Shown here: in pieces, positions 21,201-30,290 of the stretch
Position numbering within the stretch: the first letter of the stretch is position 1
Layout: every line of letters begins with the position of its first letter
Virus record (IMG/VR): IMGVR_UViG_3300011008_000012
Coordinates: 55,579 to 119,578 of that record
DNA length: 64,000 nucleotides
Origin: a virus
Taxonomy: Duplodnaviria > Caudoviricetes
Direction: 5' to 3' (one strand)
Notes under the pieces: model-generated
The model's input: only the letters and a program-made list of their open reading frames with translations
What the model was told of the DNA's origin: nothing
Databases searched by the model: none
Made by a program: the position numbers and the translations under genes

Positions 21201-23949
21201 AATGTACCGTTCTGTCAACGCCTGTCCATGTAGACACGAGAGTGCCGCCTTCGTACAGATATACTGTAGTAGTCGTACTGCTGGGGTCATATACGACAAT
21301 AGGAATTTGTACGGTATTATATTGCGTCATTTCCGCCGTATTGAAGGATGTGGCGATAATAGGCGTTGTTGTACCCGACACAATAAATACCATGTCATGC
21401 ACTTGGAGTGCGGTTGTAATCGTCGTACCGCTGACCGTAGCCGTCATATAGCGAACGACAGCATGAGACCCATGGGTCTGCGCCGGGATCGTCAGAGCCT
21501 GCTGAACACCGGAGCGCGTAGTGGTAGTGACATCCAGGATGTAGCCCGTGCCGCTCACATAGTCGCCGGCTGTCTCACTCCAAACATAATGAGTATAAGT
21601 GTCTGTCTGCGAATCGTACAGGAAGTAGTTCGCGTCGGCGTCGAAGTCATCATCCGAACTGCCTGGCAGAGAGTCAACTATGACAGGATTAAACCCAACC
21701 GGCTCGACATCGATAAATGTATAAATCGTCTTCGAAAGAGCGCCGTATGGTGTATAATAATCCGTCACAGCCGATGTGTTGATTTGGCTGTCCACATAGT
21801 TCCATGTGAAGTACATGTTGATGGCCGTTACAGTCCACGTCTTCGTGGCGACAGTGTTGCTTTCTCCGCCGGTATCGACACTCACGCTGATCTTAACTGT
21901 GTTATCTCCGACAGTGAGGTACTCTCCTACGTCGATTGTGTTTTGTGTACCGGCAATGCTGGTTGACACGGATATGCCGGTGGCAACAGCGACATTGTTA
22001 ACATAAAGAGTACCGGAACCAGACCCCACTGCGTCTCCGCTGGAGTCAGAAGCAGCGACGGTATAAGTGATATCACATGAGTCGCCATACACACACTGCA
22101 CAGTAGAAGCAGTGACTCTGCCGATAGTAACCGTGCCGCCGGTTGTACCGCCACTCCCGCCGCCGCCGGTGATCTGGACGGCGAGGTCTTCGAGCTCGTC
22201 CCCGTTTGAATCGTAGAAGTGCAGCGTATAATCGTCATCCACGTTATAGGCTGTACTGTCGATATCAATACCGTTGTCCAGTGTCAGCGTGGTCGTGGAA
22301 TCGTCTTCGTAGGTGACAGTGATAGTAGTCTTATCCGCGCTGATTGTAACATCTTTAACCAGATTAGCCATATTGGAGATCGTCGTTTGCAGCGAGGAAA
22401 TGGTTCCCTCGGCCTCTGTTAGACGGTCATCAATGCCTGTACCAGACTCGTTGTTCAGCATGTCGTCGATGCTGGAGTCAATCAGCGCCTGAATCTCTTC
22501 CTGAGTATACGTAACAGTGCCGATAGGCTCATACTTGCCGTCGATATAGCGATAGTGGATATAAGAGCCGTTGGCGTCCCTGATGTAATAGTCTGAAAGC
22601 TCGCTTGCGGTAGCCAGAGTTTCAACTGTCGACCAGGTGGTGCCGTTTGACAAATAGGTCTGCAAGGTCGTAAGGTTTAGATAATACTCCCCGCTATAAT
22701 CAGCGGCCTCGTAGCTATTAGCCGTTGGCGTGCCATAACCACTGATGGCGATAGAATAGGATGGTGCTATAACTTCGGCAGATGACCCAGCTACAAGCTC
22801 CCAATTATCGTCGATGTACTTGTAGTACAGGTATCCGTTGTCTGTTGCCAGAATATAATCTGTGTCCTCATTTGGGTCGGTTACATCTTCCAGGTCGTCG
22901 ACAATAACTGTAGAGGAAGCGCCGAATGTGTCCCACGTTCCATCTACATACCAATACTTCTCGTAATTATAATAGCCGGAGCTATTATCGCGTGGTACGA
23001 GGTAGAATGTATTGGCGGCTCCAGCTCCCTGCATAAGAGCATCGAGCTCAGCCTGCGTGACAACCTGAATCGTAATGGGGCTATAAGACGCCAATACACC
23101 GTTAGTGTACGCGGTAGACATAGCAAAGACGCCCTGGAGCGCCGCATCAAGACCGCCATAAGAGTAGGTAGTATCGTCGACGCCGACCACATCAAATGTC
23201 TGTGTGCTAGAGTTAACGGTGACGCCAGCGCCACGGATGCGCTGAATCGTATTGGTATCCTGCCCAACAGCGTAGGAGAAAATATCTGTCTTGCGGCCTG
23301 TTGTGTCATAGGTAGCTTCCCAACTACCCGTCGTCGGCGTAGAGGTCGTAGACTGGCTCTTCGGCCATGCGTTATCGGCATTGTCAAGCGATGCCTGCAC
23401 ATCGGCAGAAAGCTTCTCTTTTGTCAGTGAACCATCGGTGATTGTCATACGTGCAAGGTCGCCGTTTTCGAGATACCCGTCCAGCACGTCTGTGATCTGC
23501 TGTTGAATCACTTCGGCGTAATCACTGTCAGCGATATCCAGCAGCTCGTCTACCATATCTACGAGCTGGTCATACAGGGATTGTGTTATCTCTGTACTGG
23601 AAGCATCAGCGATTAATCCGCTCGCATCAATGGTGAAGGTCAATACATTAGTCGTCGCGTGAACAGTTCCATCTGAAGCATACAGCATAAGTGTAACGGA
23701 ACCGCTGACGATCTCGGATGGGAGATAAACGCTGCGCGTCGCCGCGTCAAGATATACATTGTACGCCGTACCATTTTGCGTGAATTGAGCGAATACGGTA
23801 GCATTCGTATTCGTGCTCGGCATCAACGCGCTCCAGTCTTCATCCAGTGTAAACTCGAACTTGATAAACTCCTGCGTACCGGCGACGAGATTCTTCAAAT
23901 TGGTCGCAACACGAAGTTTTTGGCCGTCAACCGAGATAGGAATATTCAT
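15244..23949 (-). CDS. giant tail fibre / receptor-binding protein, the DGR target (C-terminal C-type-lectin/DUF6273-like domain)
   Basis: 2901 aa. BppU-like N-terminus, LRR-like segment, CotH-like motif, and C-terminal WWERSP...GVCLGFSI containing VR. Confidence 0.88.
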   Translation of the reverse strand: MNIPISVDGQKLRVATNLKNLVAGTQEFIKFEFTLDEDWSALMPSTNTNATVFAQFTQNGTAYNVYLDAATRSVYLPSEIVSGSVTLMLYASDGTVHATTNVLTFTIDASGLIADASSTEITQSLYDQLVDMVDELLDIADSDYAEVIQQQITDVLDGYLENGDLARMTITDGSLTKEKLSADVQASLDNADNAWPKSQSTTSTPTTGSWEATYDTTGRKTDIFSYAVGQDTNTIQRIRGAGVTVNSSTQTFDVVGVDDTTYSYGGLDAALQGVFAMSTAYTNGVLASYSPITIQVVTQAELDALMQGAGAANTFYLVPRDNSSGYYNYEKYWYVDGTWDTFGASSTVIVDDLEDVTDPNEDTDYILATDNGYLYYKYIDDNWELVAGSSAEVIAPSYSIAISGYGTPTANSYEAADYSGEYYLNLTTLQTYLSNGTTWSTVETLATASELSDYYIRDANGSYIHYRYIDGKYEPIGTVTYTQEEIQALIDSSIDDMLNNESGTGIDDRLTEAEGTISSLQTTISNMANLVKDVTISADKTTITVTYEDDSTTTLTLDNGIDIDSTAYNVDDDYTLHFYDSNGDELEDLAVQITGGGGSGGTTGGTVTIGRVTASTVQCVYGDSCDITYTVAASDSSGDAVGSGSGTLYVNNVAVATGISVSTSIAGTQNTIDVGEYLTVGDNTVKISVSVDTGGESNTVATKTWTVTAINMYFTWNYVDSQINTSAVTDYYTPYGALSKTIYTFIDVEPVGFNPVIVDSLPGSSDDDFDADANYFLYDSQTDTYTHYVWSETAGDYVSGTGYILDVTTTTRSGVQQALTIPAQTHGSHAVVRYMTATVSGTTITTALQVHDMVFIVSGTTTPIIATSFNTAEMTQYNTVQIPIVVYDPSSTTTTVYLYEGGTLVSTWTGVDRTVHYWNYSPTTYGTKTLTITCGSTMKTITIEVAELDIDEAEVTGYDFRFKASEMATNASVQAWSGSYTPVGSSVQQTVDVTFSNNFDWVNGGLHTEYDDDGHLRQYFCVRAGTTMTFNYNLFGQDYDPKQYGKNFKFVFKAVNCRTYDAQVLSCMDNSAGNNGVGLVMTANNAVLTTANESLETLYCKDIYIEFETNIHPTSEYRYLQFWMDGSHDRNILYSADDGMQQVTPVGITIGSADCDVYIYMVKAYPTYLTNDNELSNFIMDAPNAYEMVDRYDRNDVLNASGEIDYTKLATQNPNLHVILLDLNRMSTGKKDNVVAYTARHIYNSGGSSHCFTVNNACVTIQGTSSVGYLESAGNVDINMKYNRTFTSDNVSYTTGSISFDDGSTSTTGYSMTDDSIAVDYFNVKLNVASSENANNACIADWYNTYQPWVSPAKQKNAMARDTIEFVPGAIFIRDRSGNLFSDTTGYHLYGICDMGNSKKNTEVFHDTTNPLACCVEVSNNTSTPCLMSSKTYTWNGDDEAVVTEDGEEQKVFEFRYVDDDSVDIAKSAWDRFVSFMYDYNPNLATNNALASSVTFGSYTFRGSGSYDTSSYDDDNVVYLYGYGLPTAYNSGIYSAGDYVTDASAETSYYYINYSNNNIYSSNGTTWTSIGTLTWSADTANVLAGTTISDYAGTYTTDSFNYRMAYLLEHCEEYMIMDPVIYHFVFIESFLMTDNVAKNTFWSSDDLVHWEPSKDYDNDTALGNDNVGGLSFTYGMETDDQSGSSYVFNAHDAAWITFTRGLFGACQTMYRNRESAGCFSTTNFLTKVQDWQNTRPERLWVADTQRKYLRPYEDNGTVTYIAMLAGRKTHQREQVKTYNAYYYASKYVSDFCTSQNIMVRGNTPTSGTTITVVPPANTATVSMYIDCYIVVASTSYNVVAKTRAQRGTTYTMDFSTIGSMGETELYFCTAPMITALGDLAHLYFKQNNFAMGTNLQQLEIGSSLTGYQNDNLESLTIGSNTMLEYLDVRNCPNVTGALDLSGCVSLSEVYLENTAFTGVTFATAGLLETAHLQNPTSLTMRELMYLQDLTLGSAANMTTLRIENCDFDSSAALTIAGTTTTHGTKDIALNLIQSCPNLSRTRLIGMDWSLSNTTDLESVYDMAGIDDDGYDITQSVLTGDAYVTTMRQSQLSKYNTVWPYLEITYGTMVTQYLATFLNADGTAILDTDGLAYTQWVDVGSAPYDPITMGYTITVSDSGTPAATGYDASSYNGDYYQDTSTGAIYLSDGTSWSTVANADILTPAMASTAQYIYTFSGWDDITTVMSYNRNVTAEYTTTTRTYTVKWYRDAGTTFLTVSGVPYGGCIDYIDSNICVGYGSTTPAAAGYAAADYADMYYQNYATGQIYYSNGSVWSTATYEDVINDSTLPTFADDESSYTFRVFRSWDKSTGFITGDVNVYADWIATNAALPAQGTDMSDMTVSQIYGIGKAGLQSSYFEDLDYTDIKLGTDCIFSNVDSITIGPKYYSDSAESTLSLTGVAVDQYLSGGYYFDGSTYYLSNIVLFDDDSPAFTMAIDFDFIGSTSGMTLLSANYGSTSNFRLYYDGTAPTIQWGDKTTYVGSSGGNRDIVVLRHPSGSSALYVYAASGTGNSSLFSTNVSKTMLTRTTYVTSNEPVTFGAVNYHTTSNTYRNYGTGHIHWMKIWYDDIGDYNAFALAQWPHEVVRMEYWGEGKYEYADGSGNVSNASFIANNLLYKRGYYMNSSNDNSTGWENSKMRAFCNGRLFRALPIEWRSIIRSVQINATAGSQSTSIITSNDKVYLPSYYELGGSGTGYNDEIGADTSSPRIPWFVQQSGSGISSYNTANAQRLKWRGRIRKYALGTGNTTAYDGNAYIYSCASDPAAYLSTDIGTGSIWINTGNSSIGYMFVEQDELDQYGITPAYTSDSGTFGDSSAVGGWVGANGWWERSPNLGNTTYFMYVSNYGALYYNNASYYYGVCLGFSI
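15251..15397 (-). repeat. DGR variable repeat (VR) at the 3' end of the tail fibre gene
   Basis: Matches TR except at adenines. An inverted repeat TCTATCTGAAA/TTTCAGATAGA (15229-15252) spans the stop codon. Confidence 0.97.
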
Positions 23950-24017
23950 ATTGTTTCTCCTTTAGATCAAATGAGCGGCGAATAATGCTCAGATTATCCG
24001 CCGCTTCGTGTTATTAT

Positions 24018-25070
24018 TCAGGCGTAAAGCGCCGCCCATGTCTTTGCGCCGACGATTCCGTCGACAGACAGCCCAGCTTTCTTCTGGTACGCCTTTACAG
24101 CGGCTAAAGTCTTTGCTCCGAAAGACCCATCAACAGAACCGCAATTATATCCGAGAGCGTTCAGGCGCTCTTGGAGTTTGCCCACATACGATCCCGTGGA
24201 ACCGTACTTTACAGTCGGATAACTGGCGGTACTGGTGGTCGTAGTCGCAGTATTTTTTACCGCGCTATCACTATTCAGAGCAGTCCATGTCTGCGTGCCG
24301 ACAATACCGTCAACGACCAGACTGTTTTTGCTCTGGAATGCCCTGACAGCGGCCAGGGTCTTGGAGCCGAAAGACCCATCCACAGTACCACAAGAATAGC
24401 CAAGCTCATTCAGGCGCGTCTGCAAGGTCTTTACATCGTTCCCATAGGAACCAGACCTCAGTGTGGCGTAACCGGAGATTGACGAAGAAGAACTGTCCGT
24501 AGTTCCGCCAGCCTTTGCGCCATCCGACAGAACCATGACCGTGTGGGCGGTTTCCTTAACGAGGATATCCCCACGTTTAAGATAGGCATCGGTAGTTAAA
24601 TATTTAGAATCGGTCAGGATGTCAAAGGCTCCGGTAGCGCCGAACTTGGAGCGCATGGTCGAAGTGACGGGAGCATTGAGGCCGCCGCTGGACAGCCTGA
24701 GATAGCAGTTGTCCATATTAACACCGGCCGCTTCTGCCGCCACCGTCATAAAGGCAGCACAGTCAGTCTCGCACTTGGTCTTAATATTCTTTCCGATCCA
24801 TCCAGCCTCCCGAGCGACATCCCGCAAGGTGTTCCTTTGCCATTGATCATAGCCAACCATATTGGAAGCGCAGCACTGCTCCACAAACCGAGCCGCTTTC
24901 TCCGCCTGATCGGAGTCTTTAAACCGAAGCAGGACGCTCCACCCGTTGGCATACCAGCTTCTAACACAAACTTCTTTGCCTGTCTGATCACCAGCAGAAC
25001 CGCCGTGAGCAGTTCCGCGCTCATCAATAGAAGCATGCCCAATAAGTACGCTCATACTATTTCCCTCCAT
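24018..25070 (-). CDS. endolysin (Cys/His peptidase-like domain plus two PG_binding_1 domains)
   Basis: GYDQ...CETDC...GDILV...HT, and two repeats of G.....V..LQ.RLN.LGY.CG.VDGSFG.KT..AV..Q....L.VDGIVG..TW. Confidence 0.88.
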   Translation of the reverse strand: MEGNSMSVLIGHASIDERGTAHGGSAGDQTGKEVCVRSWYANGWSVLLRFKDSDQAEKAARFVEQCCASNMVGYDQWQRNTLRDVAREAGWIGKNIKTKCETDCAAFMTVAAEAAGVNMDNCYLRLSSGGLNAPVTSTMRSKFGATGAFDILTDSKYLTTDAYLKRGDILVKETAHTVMVLSDGAKAGGTTDSSSSSISGYATLRSGSYGNDVKTLQTRLNELGYSCGTVDGSFGSKTLAAVRAFQSKNSLVVDGIVGTQTWTALNSDSAVKNTATTTTSTASYPTVKYGSTGSYVGKLQERLNALGYNCGSVDGSFGAKTLAAVKAYQKKAGLSVDGIVGAKTWAALYA

Positions 25071-25450
25071 TACGTTTCATTTTCATCCGCGCCAGCAGAA
25101 AGGACAGCCTGTAAGCTGTCCTCATACTTTTGGCGTTCAAATTTTAAGTTTTCCTCTGCCTGTTTCCCTTTAAAGGATTTTAGGCAATAAATAGTGTACA
25201 CGAGAACCTGAGCAGCGATATCTGATATCAGGACACCCAGGTAAGAGAGATCGGCGAATCTCCACATCGCCACGAGGGAGTATACGATGATGATGTTCAG
25301 CAACATAAAAAGATAGAGAGCCAAAGCCTTGTGCGTCTCTATCTTCCTGGTGCCATATTTCTTTTCTGCATCCAGCTCCTTGCGCTGTTCGACATCCCTA
25401 TTGCGGCGTTCGATTCGCTCCTTCATTTTACGGAACTTGTTTTCATTCAT
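25070..25450 (-). CDS. putative holin / 2-TM membrane protein
   Basis: Two hydrophobic helices; immediately upstream of the endolysin. Confidence 0.55.
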   Translation of the reverse strand: MNENKFRKMKERIERRNRDVEQRKELDAEKKYGTRKIETHKALALYLFMLLNIIIVYSLVAMWRFADLSYLGVLISDIAAQVLVYTIYCLKSFKGKQAEENLKFERQKYEDSLQAVLSAGADENET

Positions 25451-25453
25451 AGC

Positions 25454-25816
25454 TTATTCCTCGGCCTCTTTGACCATCCAGTCCAGAATGTACATGTCGT
25501 CAGATGTGAGCGTACCGGAGCAGAATGCATCAGAGTCAATATATACCACACTAATATCGCACTCAATATCGTCTAATTCCGCGCTGTCCTTCAGATACTC
25601 TTTCTCGTTTTCCGCTGGAATCAAATACTGGTTGGGGTCATCGTCTGACCGAACACCGTATTTCACAAGCAGTGCATTTTTCGCTTCGATATATTCTTTT
25701 AATTCGTTTTCGATCTTCCTGCGATTCTTGGCAATGACGAAGCCAAGCTTTCCGCATTCATGAAGATTCTGCAATACCACAAAAGAATGAAGCGCTTCTA
25801 TATTTCTAAATTTCAT
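25454..25816 (-). CDS. hypothetical protein (DUF1617-like)
   Basis: IAKNRRKIENELKEY...LLVKYG; GGAGG SD. Confidence 0.6.
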   Translation of the reverse strand: MKFRNIEALHSFVVLQNLHECGKLGFVIAKNRRKIENELKEYIEAKNALLVKYGVRSDDDPNQYLIPAENEKEYLKDSAELDDIECDISVVYIDSDAFCSGTLTSDDMYILDWMVKEAEE

Positions 25817-25830
25817 TTTCCTTTCCTCCG

Positions 25831-28800
25831 TTACAGCAAGCTATTAAGTTGTGTCTCCAGTGTATTTACTCGTGCCATAAGCTTCTGGATCATAAATGTA
25901 TTCAAAGCTATGAACTCTTCATACCGCAGGGAATACAGCTTATCAAAGTGAGTTTGACCGGATTTTGTTACTTGTTCATCCTCGCCTATATCAACATCAG
26001 TTTGAATAATAATACCGGCGAAATCCTCTGTCGTCAGTCCCGCGTTAACCAAAGCGGCTTCTACAGATTGAGCACCGAAACCAATATGAAGACGATGCCC
26101 AACATCGTATTTATATAGGTGCGGTGTCAAATTATTGTAAAAATCCTCATACTTATTGTCGATGGCATATAATTCTTTGAGGTTTTCGTCGGACACTACA
26201 GCCGTTGACCCACTGGAACCCAAATATACGCCGCCGTCATGAGCATATAAACGTACGTTAGAGCCGCGAATATTTGTATTAACAGTGGTAGATGACGTAT
26301 ATGTTGTAGTATCCGCCCTGATAGTATCTAGCTCTGTGCTCTCTACGCCTATCGCCAAAGTAAGCGAGGTATACTGACCGCTGGTATTTTTGCTTCCGGA
26401 AGCGGCGACGGCTTTTGCGTTCCCGCCAGCGAAGCGTATATATTTACCATTCAATACCAGAGTCGATTTCAGACTCATCATAGAGCCGTCCCAGCTAAAA
26501 CCGCCTGTATCACCGCTTAATGAACTCGAGCTGTAAAAGGTTAACCCGCTTGTCCTCAAGATTAAACTATATCCTTCTGCTGCATCTCGAATTGAAAGAT
26601 ATGAAGAAGACATGGAAGAATCGTTATTCACAATATATAAACCATTTCCCATTTGACAATAGCTGCTTGTTGAATCTCCATATACAGTGATTTTTGTTGC
26701 ATATAAGATACCAGCCTTTGTCACCCGGAACGGACAATCCGCGTATGACGAATGGCTTGTCCCGCCGGCAGCAAAAACATATGTCGTTGACGAACTTGGA
26801 AGCTGCATTACAGCGACTCCCGTTGTGCTGTCGCCGCCATAAATTTTACCGCTTGTGATGATCCATCCGGACGACCCGCCGATATATCCATCATTAGCAA
26901 TAATCGTACCAGTAAACGAACCAGAAGTGGCAGTGATCGTTCCGCTTATTGTTGCGCCCGTGGCGCTTAGATACCCACTTGAATTGACGGAAAAATAGTT
27001 CGTGTAGATTGAGCTGGAGCCGATAGTCACTCCGCCGATCTGTCCCTCAGTCGCGTAAATTGTTCCGTAAATTAGAGCGTTGCTAGCCTTGAGTAAACCA
27101 TCGGTTGAAACCATAAAACCAGAACTATATCCATTATCCGGCGTACTGGATGGAACCGTGCCCTTCCCAATATCGGTGATAATATAGTTTCCGTCAGGAT
27201 TCGTTTTCGTGGTATTTGTAATCGTATTACCACTTGAGTCTATATAGGTTGTGGTCGTTGTTTTAATACCAGTACTCGCATCGGTTGTTTCCGTAATTCC
27301 AACGTCGCCTCTATACAGTATCGTATCGTACCCATACAGATCGGATATGGACGACGGTATGGTCGGCGTACCGGACAGGTCTCCATAGCTGCCGGATGTT
27401 GCAACAGTCGATAGACCGCTGACACTTCCGGCTGGCACAGTCACATTACTTCCAAGAGTTAGCGATGTCGCTGTTATAGCGCCGGTTACGCTGACATTGC
27501 CCTGAGTGTCCGCCGAAAATACAACATCGCTTCCATCTGTGATTGTGATGCCGTTATATTTAATGGAGATGCTGCTATCCCCGTTATATACGCCGATATT
27601 CTGCCCGAGTATAATATTGCCGACGATGGTATCAGCAATCACGCCGTATCCTTCTTTATTGGTGCCTGTATCAGGGTCATAATAGATAAATTTACCGATA
27701 CCGGCGCTGGCCGTCTTCCACGCATCCTTGGTCACATACAGGCCGGTGTTTGTAAGCTTTACCTGATTATCGCTGTAGTTATCCAAGTCGTCGTAATACG
27801 CTCGCGCCAGAAGTCCATGAGAGTCCCAGGAGATATCCTGATTTTCCGTATTGCTTATGATCTTTAAATTAGTAAGATCCAAGCCCTCCTGAACCCAGTT
27901 CCGAATCTGCGCCTTGCTCTGGCTGCCTTGCCCAGCCTGGCGCTTTACAGAATCATAGCTCCCGGATATATTCCCAAGGCTCTGCATTTGCTTGCGAACT
28001 TCGCTGGCATAGGAAGCGTCACTGACAACATCAGAAAACGTCACGTCCAGAACGTCAAGGCTCTCGTAGTCGATATCGTAGGACATCAGCCGCAGCTTAT
28101 ATACGTTGCCGTCCGCCATGATACGAAGATAATTACCCACGGCAAAACTATCTACAATAGGAGAAAACTCTGGCATCGCAAGTAGATTCTTCAGCGAAGC
28201 GGAGATTGAGTGTTGCATAAGAGCAGACTTATAAATTTCGTTCTGTGCCGTCTCAAAGAATTCGCGGGCATTGGCTATAAGCTCAGAGTTGCTAAGGCCG
28301 TCACTGATATAGTTGGAATTGGAGTACTCGTCCTCACGACGGTAGGCAGCCATCTCTTCCCAAAGCGCTTCACCAAGATAACTCTGGAAATCGAGAGCTT
28401 CCATGACGTCTTCACGAATACCATCCAATTCTGTCAGGACACCGCTGGTGACCACGCCACCGTTTTCATCATACACGCCCTGTACTGTGGCTATCTCCGA
28501 TTCTCGCAGGGCGATTTCGGCGGCAATGGAATTTAGTTTATTGTAGTAAGGCTCGTAAATTTGGGTATACGTATTATCGGACCATGATTCCTGACTGGCA
28601 GTACCCTGTTCCACCATAACGTCCAGACACGCCTGACAGGCGTCGTAGAACGTATTCAGCCGATTCAGGCAGTATTTCTGCAACTCTAGCTTAAAGGCTG
28701 TCCCGGAAGACTCAGAATCAGCTAGCGCGAACAGCCCAGAGATATCCGTTACCCCAGATGTTGTTGCCTTATTTGCAAGAGCCTTGTCAATCTTGTTTTG

Positions 28801-30279
28801 AACATACGTCGTATAGTCGTCGTTGACGGTGAGCGAAATGCTCTGCGTCTCATCTGTATCGGTATCATCAGAATAATTGGTGACAGAGAACTTCCCGACC
28901 CATGTTCCCGTAGAGTCGCCGCTCGTATATGTATAAGTGCTTTCCGAAATCTTAACCTGATAGCGAGAGTCTACAATGGTCTTCGCCATGGCGAGCACGG
29001 CGCTGTCAGCCGTAGTAGAAGAGGCGATGCTAATATCCGTAACGGCGACAGTTCCGATATTGGCCGCCGTAAGTAGAGCCGCCTGAGCTGCTGCGCTTGT
29101 ATCTGAGATGGACGCATCGGGCATCAGTTCGTCGGAGAGATAATACACAAAATCGATCACATTATAATAAGCGTCCATAACGGCAGAATAACCTGTCATG
29201 GAAGCGCTGATTGTCTGGAGTGTCGAATCATATATTGTGTATTTATTTATGAGGTTGTTATATGCATTCACAAGATCGGAAGAAACCGTGTAGCCCATCG
29301 TCCGGTTGTAGGCGTTGTATAGCGTGTCGTATGACGTGAGAGCGGCACTTAAATCGTCGGACATATCCTCTCGCATATCATCCGATATATACCAGATATA
29401 GTCGGAACCGTTCGGATTGATACTTCTCACCGTCGCTGTCATCAGGTCATCGCCCGCCACCAGACGGAAGCAGTTCTTTACCGCGCCTGTATCTGTTGTG
29501 TATGTGATATCATCCGTAAGATTATCTGTGGATATGAAAATCGTAGTATCATCACCATAACCGGCTTGAAGATTCGTTCCTCCGCAATGCTGGCATACGT
29601 CGATGCTGTCGGAGCGCTTGTGGCAAGTCGACGTCAGACAGTACGACATTAGGTCGTACACTGAGATACTCCGATACATTGCTCCATTGTCGTCTTTGGA
29701 ACACTTGATCACAAACAGGCAGCCGATCTCGTCGCCGATCTCCTGAAATGCATCATATAATGTTGTTCCGTCAAAGGTAAAAGTACGCTGGATATCAGCG
29801 ATAGTTGTATCCACATGATCTATCGTATAATGCGGCGCTTTCTCCATGATCCTATGAAGGAGGGAGGCGGATGTATCTGTGGTGTCGTAGAGAACCGTCG
29901 GGACATAGTCATCACGCGCAATATCGGTTTCTGTGTTGATCTCTATATCATGGAGCAGTATCTGTGACAACTCTGCCTCGCCGAGCGAAACGCAGGATAT
30001 AGACTTCATGATTTCTGTCGTCTCATTCAGATCCAGCGTCAGCTCATAGAAGCTGTCATACTCCGGGCAGTACATCAGCCGGAAGTTCTTGATTTTATCC
30101 CACTGATCCGAACACTCCTCCTTGTACACATCGAACGATACCTCAGACCCGGACATGGAGTCAGAGAAGTGGATATGGCGAGCAGGGAGGAGGCACAGAT
30201 TTTTACCGCTTCTTGTAGTTAAAATAAAGGTCGGCTCGGCCACATGCCCGAACCGATCAATTTTCAGCTTTGTTCCCAT
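25831..30279 (-). CDS. tail spike / baseplate hub with a C-terminal intramolecular chaperone (peptidase S74-like)
   Basis: Follows Dit; has beta-helix-like repeats and SDENLKE...GFGAQSVE...YSLRYEEFI plus a coiled coil. Confidence 0.8.
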   Translation of the reverse strand: MGTKLKIDRFGHVAEPTFILTTRSGKNLCLLPARHIHFSDSMSGSEVSFDVYKEECSDQWDKIKNFRLMYCPEYDSFYELTLDLNETTEIMKSISCVSLGEAELSQILLHDIEINTETDIARDDYVPTVLYDTTDTSASLLHRIMEKAPHYTIDHVDTTIADIQRTFTFDGTTLYDAFQEIGDEIGCLFVIKCSKDDNGAMYRSISVYDLMSYCLTSTCHKRSDSIDVCQHCGGTNLQAGYGDDTTIFISTDNLTDDITYTTDTGAVKNCFRLVAGDDLMTATVRSINPNGSDYIWYISDDMREDMSDDLSAALTSYDTLYNAYNRTMGYTVSSDLVNAYNNLINKYTIYDSTLQTISASMTGYSAVMDAYYNVIDFVYYLSDELMPDASISDTSAAAQAALLTAANIGTVAVTDISIASSTTADSAVLAMAKTIVDSRYQVKISESTYTYTSGDSTGTWVGKFSVTNYSDDTDTDETQSISLTVNDDYTTYVQNKIDKALANKATTSGVTDISGLFALADSESSGTAFKLELQKYCLNRLNTFYDACQACLDVMVEQGTASQESWSDNTYTQIYEPYYNKLNSIAAEIALRESEIATVQGVYDENGGVVTSGVLTELDGIREDVMEALDFQSYLGEALWEEMAAYRREDEYSNSNYISDGLSNSELIANAREFFETAQNEIYKSALMQHSISASLKNLLAMPEFSPIVDSFAVGNYLRIMADGNVYKLRLMSYDIDYESLDVLDVTFSDVVSDASYASEVRKQMQSLGNISGSYDSVKRQAGQGSQSKAQIRNWVQEGLDLTNLKIISNTENQDISWDSHGLLARAYYDDLDNYSDNQVKLTNTGLYVTKDAWKTASAGIGKFIYYDPDTGTNKEGYGVIADTIVGNIILGQNIGVYNGDSSISIKYNGITITDGSDVVFSADTQGNVSVTGAITATSLTLGSNVTVPAGSVSGLSTVATSGSYGDLSGTPTIPSSISDLYGYDTILYRGDVGITETTDASTGIKTTTTTYIDSSGNTITNTTKTNPDGNYIITDIGKGTVPSSTPDNGYSSGFMVSTDGLLKASNALIYGTIYATEGQIGGVTIGSSSIYTNYFSVNSSGYLSATGATISGTITATSGSFTGTIIANDGYIGGSSGWIITSGKIYGGDSTTGVAVMQLPSSSTTYVFAAGGTSHSSYADCPFRVTKAGILYATKITVYGDSTSSYCQMGNGLYIVNNDSSMSSSYLSIRDAAEGYSLILRTSGLTFYSSSSLSGDTGGFSWDGSMMSLKSTLVLNGKYIRFAGGNAKAVAASGSKNTSGQYTSLTLAIGVESTELDTIRADTTTYTSSTTVNTNIRGSNVRLYAHDGGVYLGSSGSTAVVSDENLKELYAIDNKYEDFYNNLTPHLYKYDVGHRLHIGFGAQSVEAALVNAGLTTEDFAGIIIQTDVDIGEDEQVTKSGQTHFDKLYSLRYEEFIALNTFMIQKLMARVNTLETQLNSLL

Positions 30280-30290
30280 CTTAGCTCACC

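Noticed and set aside
24030-24460. Internal DNA similarity in the endolysin gene as a second DGR target
   Set aside because: It reflects two peptidoglycan-binding domains and has no similarity to TR.
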